NCBI GenBank assembly: GCA_963765765.1
Contig: CAVXYC010000002.1
Span: 32,001-96,000 of the forward strand
Length of the DNA: 64,000 nucleotides
From: an uncultured Chloroflexia bacterium
GTDB taxonomy: Bacteria > Chloroflexota > UBA6077 > JACCZL01
Reading direction: 5' to 3'
Shown here: piece after piece, positions 59,390 through 64,000 of the stretch
How positions within the stretch are numbered: position 1 is the first letter of the stretch
How the letters are laid out: every line of letters starts with the position of its first letter
Position numbers and translations under genes: made by a program
The notes under the pieces: model-generated
Database searches by the model: none
What the model was told of the DNA's origin: nothing
What the model saw: only the letters and a program-made list of their open reading frames with translations

Positions 59390-60343
59390 TCAGATTTGAC
59401 TGGCAACCTCGTTCAGGAAGAGGCGCATCTGCCCAAGGGGATCATGTCCCCGAGCGGTGAGAAACAGTCCGTTGATGCCCGCGGCCTTCCATCTGCGCAC
59501 CTTATCGATGCACTCGGCTCGGCTGCCCACCATGTCATGTCCGTGCGGATCGTCGCTTTCGCGCCCAGGCGGTTGGTCCACTCCAAGCCCGCCGGGACGC
59601 GGCGCATAGCCGGTGCCCGCCACGCGATCGCGCTCCTCGGGGTCCTCGGAGATGTACAGCGCCATTGTTGCCGCGATGGTCGGAAAACTGGATGGGTCTT
59701 TGCCTTCTTCAACGAGGAACCCATCCAGCATCTCTCGGTCTTTCTTGTATTGCTCCGGAGTCTGATGGCCAGGACCCGCGGAGCTGAGCCAGCCATCGGC
59801 GAGCCTGGCCACACGCCTCAATCCGACCTCGCTACCCCAGCTTCCGAGCCAGATCGGCAGGCCCGGTTTCTGGGTCGGAGGTGGCGTAAGGGCGACGCCG
59901 GTCGTGTCGTAGTAGTGGCCCCGGAAGGCCGGCGTGCCCGGCGTGAGATAGGCGCGCATCGCCTGCACTCCCTCCTCGAATCGAGGCCACATCTCACGAG
60001 GGTCCATTCCAACAACTTCGTAATCCCGGAAGAGTGAGCCTGTTCCAACCCCCGCCAGGACGCGGCCGCCAGAGAGAACATCCAGCGTCGCAAGCTGTTT
60101 AGACGTAAGCAGGACGCCGCGCGGTGGAAGGATGAGAACCGATGTGGCCAGTCGCATGCTACCGGCCGCGTGCGCCAGCGCGGCGAACATGCTGAGAGTA
60201 TCCAGTCCCGACTCTAACCGGTCTCCCATGACCAGGTAGTCACATCCCATGTCCGCGGCAGCACGAGCCGAATCTGTGAGACTCTTTAGAGGGTCAGGAT
60301 GCTCCGCGATACCCTCGCGAGGGAGCGTGAATCCGAATTCCAT
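59390..60343 (-). CDS. LLM-class flavin-dependent oxidoreductase
   Basis: M.FG..LP, L.KQLATLDVLSGGR...GVG.G, P.P.Q.P..PIWLG, RRVARLADGW. Confidence 0.9.
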   Translation of the reverse strand: MEFGFTLPREGIAEHPDPLKSLTDSARAAADMGCDYLVMGDRLESGLDTLSMFAALAHAAGSMRLATSVLILPPRGVLLTSKQLATLDVLSGGRVLAGVGTGSLFRDYEVVGMDPREMWPRFEEGVQAMRAYLTPGTPAFRGHYYDTTGVALTPPPTQKPGLPIWLGSWGSEVGLRRVARLADGWLSSAGPGHQTPEQYKKDREMLDGFLVEEGKDPSSFPTIAATMALYISEDPEERDRVAGTGYAPRPGGLGVDQPPGRESDDPHGHDMVGSRAECIDKVRRWKAAGINGLFLTARGHDPLGQMRLFLNEVASQI

Positions 60344-60407
60344 CGGGCCTCCTTCTCATCTGCCATCGACACGGCCCCAATCGGCCATCAGCGCCCTCAG
60401 TCCAGAC

Positions 60408-60815
60408 CTAGTCTGCCTGGTCAGATCGTTCGTGCTTCGCGGACTCGGACGGACGCACGAGGACGTCCAGCGCAATGGCAAGAGTGTGCGACATGGGATA
60501 CAGCAGAAGGGGCAGCCCGAGCATGATCGCGATTGAGCCCCATTGGATCAATGCCCATGGGGGTGTGGGCCAGGTCAGAATAAGCGTGGCGGCGAGGCCC
60601 GCCAGCCAGAGGAGCATTGGGATCACCATATCTAGCGCCATGGACCCAAGCTGATAGCCAGATTCATTGCGCCCCACCACGTGGCCACATCGCGGGCATG
60701 ATTCTTTGATCTTGAACCAGTGTTCAAAGAGCTGGCTGGAGCCGCATATCGGGCAATGGACCAGGATTGCTCGACCAAAAAGGACGAGCGCTGATTGACG
60801 TCGCGGCTTACTCAT
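60408..60815 (-). CDS. DUF983-family membrane protein
   Basis: CPICG...LF..WF.....CPRCG followed by two TM helices. Confidence 0.75.
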   Translation of the reverse strand: MSKPRRQSALVLFGRAILVHCPICGSSQLFEHWFKIKESCPRCGHVVGRNESGYQLGSMALDMVIPMLLWLAGLAATLILTWPTPPWALIQWGSIAIMLGLPLLLYPMSHTLAIALDVLVRPSESAKHERSDQAD

Positions 60816-60912
60816 GGTGTTGGCAATAAAAGTCTGAGCCACTTTATCCGGCATGTCGCCAGCCGTGAGCTCGCTGAATCATGACAAAGGCCCTCGCGGA
60901 GAACAATTGAGG

Positions 60913-61521
60913 TTACCGCGGTGTCGACTCGTCTACGTCGAACGGCACCCCATGCCCTGGGACGACGCGATTTGCCACGGATAGGATGCGCACACGATTG
61001 GCATGGAGCGCCGCGGAATCAGTCGCCAATGGATCCTCGATTGCCGCGACACTTGTCCAGAGGTGGGTGAACGCCACGATGCCATCCGAAGTACCGACCA
61101 GTGTGGTGATGTCCTGGGGCGTGTGCCCCGGTGTCTCTATCAGCATGATGGATGGCGCGAGCTCCACACCCTCGGCCGGCCGACTGACCCAGATGTCGCC
61201 GGTATGGTACATGGCCCAGTTGTCGTGAAAGCGCGCATTCGGAAATAACGCCGCGTTCAAGGTGTGGTCTGGATGATGATGACTGAACACGACGTCCGTA
61301 ATCTGGTCCGGCACGACTCCGAGTGCCGCGAGCGGGCTGATGATTAGCTCATGACTGGCCTGGAATCCGGGGTCCACGATCACCAGAGCATCGCCATCGC
61401 GAATGAAGCTCACCGAGGAGCCCACGTGACGCGTACCGTCCGGATCGGCGCGGACGTAGCCGTCGGCCAGAACGAATACTTCTGCCGTTGACTGTGCAGG
61501 TCGCGAGTTTGATGTAGTCAT
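60913..61521 (-). CDS. MBL-fold metallo-hydrolase
   Basis: IVDPG, SHHHPDH, TPGHT, VPGHG. Confidence 0.88.
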   Translation of the reverse strand: MTTSNSRPAQSTAEVFVLADGYVRADPDGTRHVGSSVSFIRDGDALVIVDPGFQASHELIISPLAALGVVPDQITDVVFSHHHPDHTLNAALFPNARFHDNWAMYHTGDIWVSRPAEGVELAPSIMLIETPGHTPQDITTLVGTSDGIVAFTHLWTSVAAIEDPLATDSAALHANRVRILSVANRVVPGHGVPFDVDESTPR

Positions 61522-61569
61522 GGCGCCGAGTATAGCTCAGGAATTCGAGCCCGACTATCTGGTCGTATG

Positions 61570-61899
61570 TCAGTCTCCAGCGGCTCCACAGGATTCGTGA
61601 AGCCAGCCTTTCACTACGGCATCATCGATATCGGACAGTTTCTCGAGCTCCAGATGTGCGTGTAGGTGTCCATGCGCAGATTCGACAGTCTGTTTCCACC
61701 GCGGCGATGGGTCACGCTTACGAAATGAGAGTGTCAGGACAACTGGAGCGGTCCCGCTCTTCAGATATTGCTCCGGGCACCAGACGATGGTGAAATTCCG
61801 CTTGCTCTGGAAGGCGATCTGGCTCTTACTGACGCGAACGGTCGATTCGCCAATAGAGTCGATGGTTCGCTTGATCTCATCGAAAGTTGTCGGCCGCAT
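61570..61899 (-). CDS. DUF5655-like small protein
   Basis: V..SKSQIAF..KRNF, SPRW..., H.LEL....IDD...WL.E. Confidence 0.6.
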   Translation of the reverse strand: MRPTTFDEIKRTIDSIGESTVRVSKSQIAFQSKRNFTIVWCPEQYLKSGTAPVVLTLSFRKRDPSPRWKQTVESAHGHLHAHLELEKLSDIDDAVVKGWLHESCGAAGD

Positions 61900-61931
61900 T
61901 CGTTGTCAGCAAAGGATTGTTCCGCAGTCAT

Positions 61932-62333
61932 CTAGCGATTCGCGAGCGTCGTGTAGCCGCTCCCTTCGAGGATGCGGGAGTCCGCGGTTACCAGCGTGAG
62001 GTCGTAGACGCTGGCAGTGGCCGCCAGGAAGCGATCTGCCGGGTCTTGATGCTTCATTGAGATGGTTCTACTTCGGATCGCGACTTCCCGTGTTAGAGGA
62101 GCCTCTCGCATTGGCCGCGCTGCGAATGCCATCTCTATCCATACGGTCGGAGCGCGGTTGCCCGGCACCTGGATACGCCCGCGCTCGAGTAGAACATGAA
62201 GCTCCCAAACGCTAATGGGTGAAAGCCAGAGCTCATTCGAACGATTCAAGATCTGCGACCGAACCCGGGTGCTCACTCGCTCAGGATCGAGGAGTGACCA
62301 TATCCAGATGTGAGTATCCAGAAGCAGGTTCAC
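61932..62333 (-). CDS. vapC: Type II toxin, VapC/PIN family
   Basis: LLLDTHIWIW, S.ISVWEL, H.DPADR.L.ATA, LVTAD. Confidence 0.92.
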   Translation of the reverse strand: MNLLLDTHIWIWSLLDPERVSTRVRSQILNRSNELWLSPISVWELHVLLERGRIQVPGNRAPTVWIEMAFAARPMREAPLTREVAIRSRTISMKHQDPADRFLAATASVYDLTLVTADSRILEGSGYTTLANR

Positions 62334-62587
62334 TCGTTCTCTTCCGGCTCAAGGAGCGCGTCCCACTGCACGAGCTCGCTGGATGGAGCGACGATATCGC
62401 CACGGATCTCGGCCGTTCCGGCAAGTGACCCCAGCCAATCGCCTTCTGGCGCCTCGGGTGATGGCGGCACAATGTCAGCGATGGGCTTGCCGAACCGCGT
62501 GACGCGCAGCGGTTGGCCGGTCTTGTTCACGCGCTCCAGAACGGCCAGGCACGTAGCTTTGAACTTCGAGATAGCCATCGTTTCCAT
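62330..62587 (-). CDS. Type II antitoxin, Phd/YefM family
   Basis: IS.FKA.CL.VL..V..TG.P..VT..GKPIA; overlaps the toxin by 4 nt. Confidence 0.9.
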   Translation of the reverse strand: METMAISKFKATCLAVLERVNKTGQPLRVTRFGKPIADIVPPSPEAPEGDWLGSLAGTAEIRGDIVAPSSELVQWDALLEPEENE

Positions 62588-62593
62588 GGTCTG

Positions 62594-62622
62594 TTTGTAC
62601 CGTGGTCAACGACTATGGTCAA
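62594..62622 (-). promoter_or_regulatory. Sigma70 promoter of TA operon (leaderless) with TTGACCA direct repeats
   Basis: Minus strand TTGACC-17 nt-TACAAA, 6 nt before the ATG; TTGACCA occurs twice. Confidence 0.65.
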
Positions 62623-62635
62623 ACCTTCTGCTGAG

Positions 62636-63423
62636 CTACGGTTGTCGAGCCTGACTGCCTGCTCCTGCCATCAATGCGAAGCGCTGCGGACTGGTGGCGC
62701 CGGCGCCCACCAGGAAACCGTCAATCTCGGGCTGCGCGGCCAGATCGATGGACGTTGGACTCCGTGAGTCGCCCGCCATAGATGATGCGCGCTTGGGCGG
62801 CCAGGTCCGCTGAGGTGATGTCTGCTAGGGTCTCCCGGAGCATTGCGCACACATCGTTCACATATGACGCCTCGGGCGGAATGATCATGCCGATGGTCGT
62901 CCAGATGGGCGCGTAAGCGATGACCAGACGCGAGTCCAGCGACAAACCGTCGAGGACGGCCTCCATTTGCTCGGCCAGGACACCGCCGCTGGCTCCGTGC
63001 TCGAGGGCCTCCGCCGATTCGCCCACGCAGAAAATCGGACGAATATTGTTCTCGATCGCGGCGACGATCTTTTTGCGGATGTCGCCATTGTCTTCCTCGC
63101 ACTGGATGCGCCGCTCATAGTGACCCAGGAGCGCGTAGTCGCAGAGTCCGCGCAATAGTGATGCCGGCACCTCACCGGTCACCCCTCCGCTATCCACGAC
63201 CGCAAGCGTCTGAGTCCCGAGCTGAATTCCTGATCCGGCTCAGACCGGTTGCAACCGTTGCGAGCCAGGGGAAGGGTGGGCACACCACCACATCCACGCC
63301 TGCCTCAGCAATCGGGCCAACGGTGTCAACGAGCCGACCGGTGAGTCCATCTAGCTCGGCACGCGGAGGGTTGGCCTTCCAATTCCCGACGACCAGCGGC
63401 TTTCGAGAGGATGTCATAGACAT
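62636..63423 (-). CDS. tpiA: Triosephosphate isomerase-like protein, divergent (catalytic Glu absent; two frameshifts)
   Basis: VVGNWK.N, VCPPF, TGEV, LGH.ERR, CVGE, IAY.P.W, IYGG and IDGFLVG across three frames; AYAPIW instead of AYEPVW. Confidence 0.8.
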
Positions 63424-63569
63424 CCCCACCGTAGTGGCCGCCCGTAAAGGGACGCCACTACGCGGACTGGCTGCAGTCATCGTCGCGGCCCCAGCCAGCG
63501 GCATCCACATGCGAAACCGAACAAGGCATCCCGGCCGCTGGACGCAACGGCGGAGACCCAGCTCACCAC

Positions 63570-63681
63570 CCGTAGCGCGGTGGTCTCGTGCCCCGCGCCA
63601 CGCGAGATCCCAGATAACGGACGCCGTCCTTGATCCGGGGAGTCTCGGTGGAGCGCGGGGCACAAGACCACCGCGCTACGG
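63570..63681. repeat. GTAG-type REP doublet
   Basis: ccgtagcgcggtggtctcgtgccccgcgc ... gcgcggggcacaagaccaccgcgctacgg. Confidence 0.75.
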
Positions 63682-63768
63682 CATGCAAAGATGTTCTCAG
63701 ATCGCCATCGCATCGTGGATTTTGACGTGGTGCCCGTAAAGAGACGCCACTACGCTCAATGTCCGAGC

Positions 63769-64000
63769 TCATCGCCTTGGCCCCGGCCAGATCGCGATGG
63801 CCCGTTCAGCCAGGTTGCGCGACCGCTCGCGAATAGCTTCGGCGGACCACCCTTCGCCATAGGCCACATCACGAGCCAAAGAGGGACATCGTCTGGCTTG
63901 CCGCCGCAGGTGTTGTAGCCGCTCATCCACCCGGAGTGGCACGCGAGAGGACTGGCCTCGTTCGATCCAGGTGAGATTGCCAATAGTTCCCACAACGCTC
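63769..64000 (-). CDS. C-terminus of DUF1524/HNH-domain protein (GmrSD-like), truncated by window end
   Basis: IGNLT...  and W.AEAIRERS..LAERAIAIW resemble the DUF1524 C-terminus. Confidence 0.55.
   Translation of the reverse strand, partial: SVVGTIGNLTWIERGQSSRVPLRVDERLQHLRRQARRCPSLARDVAYGEGWSAEAIRERSRNLAERAIAIWPGPRR

Overview
GC-rich bacterial chromosome segment, most likely from a soil or sediment Chloroflexota-type organism (inference from a GAAC-N4-GTTC LexA box, zwf-opcA, F420/LLM enzymes and Tat-lipoprotein binding-protein expansions). Many single-base frameshifts suggest an unpolished long-read assembly. Housekeeping genes are zwf-opcA, ruvCAB and tyrS. Aromatic and heterocycle catabolism is extensive: two phthalate-dioxygenase-like Rieske oxygenases, a 4,5-dihydroxyphthalate-decarboxylase-like gene, LigB, TauD, dienelactone hydrolase and boxCB with no boxA. 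There are also two ABC uptake loci with multiplied binding proteins, an IS701 transposase, toxin-antitoxin genes and remnants, and many intergenic REP-like or heptamer inverted repeats. Features the ORF track misses or obscures: (1) a DsbA/FrnE-like gene with an in-frame TGA in its UxxC motif and a SECIS-like hairpin, a probable selenoprotein; (2) a ~200-nt rod-like RNA structure with strand-specific G-U pairs; (3) a triosephosphate-isomerase homolog lacking the catalytic Glu and with altered phosphate-binding motifs; (4) an A-B-(remnant)-A-B binding-protein array; (5) a MerR/TipA gene with a probable CTG start and a 19-bp-spacer promoter. No rRNA, tRNA or CRISPR array was seen.
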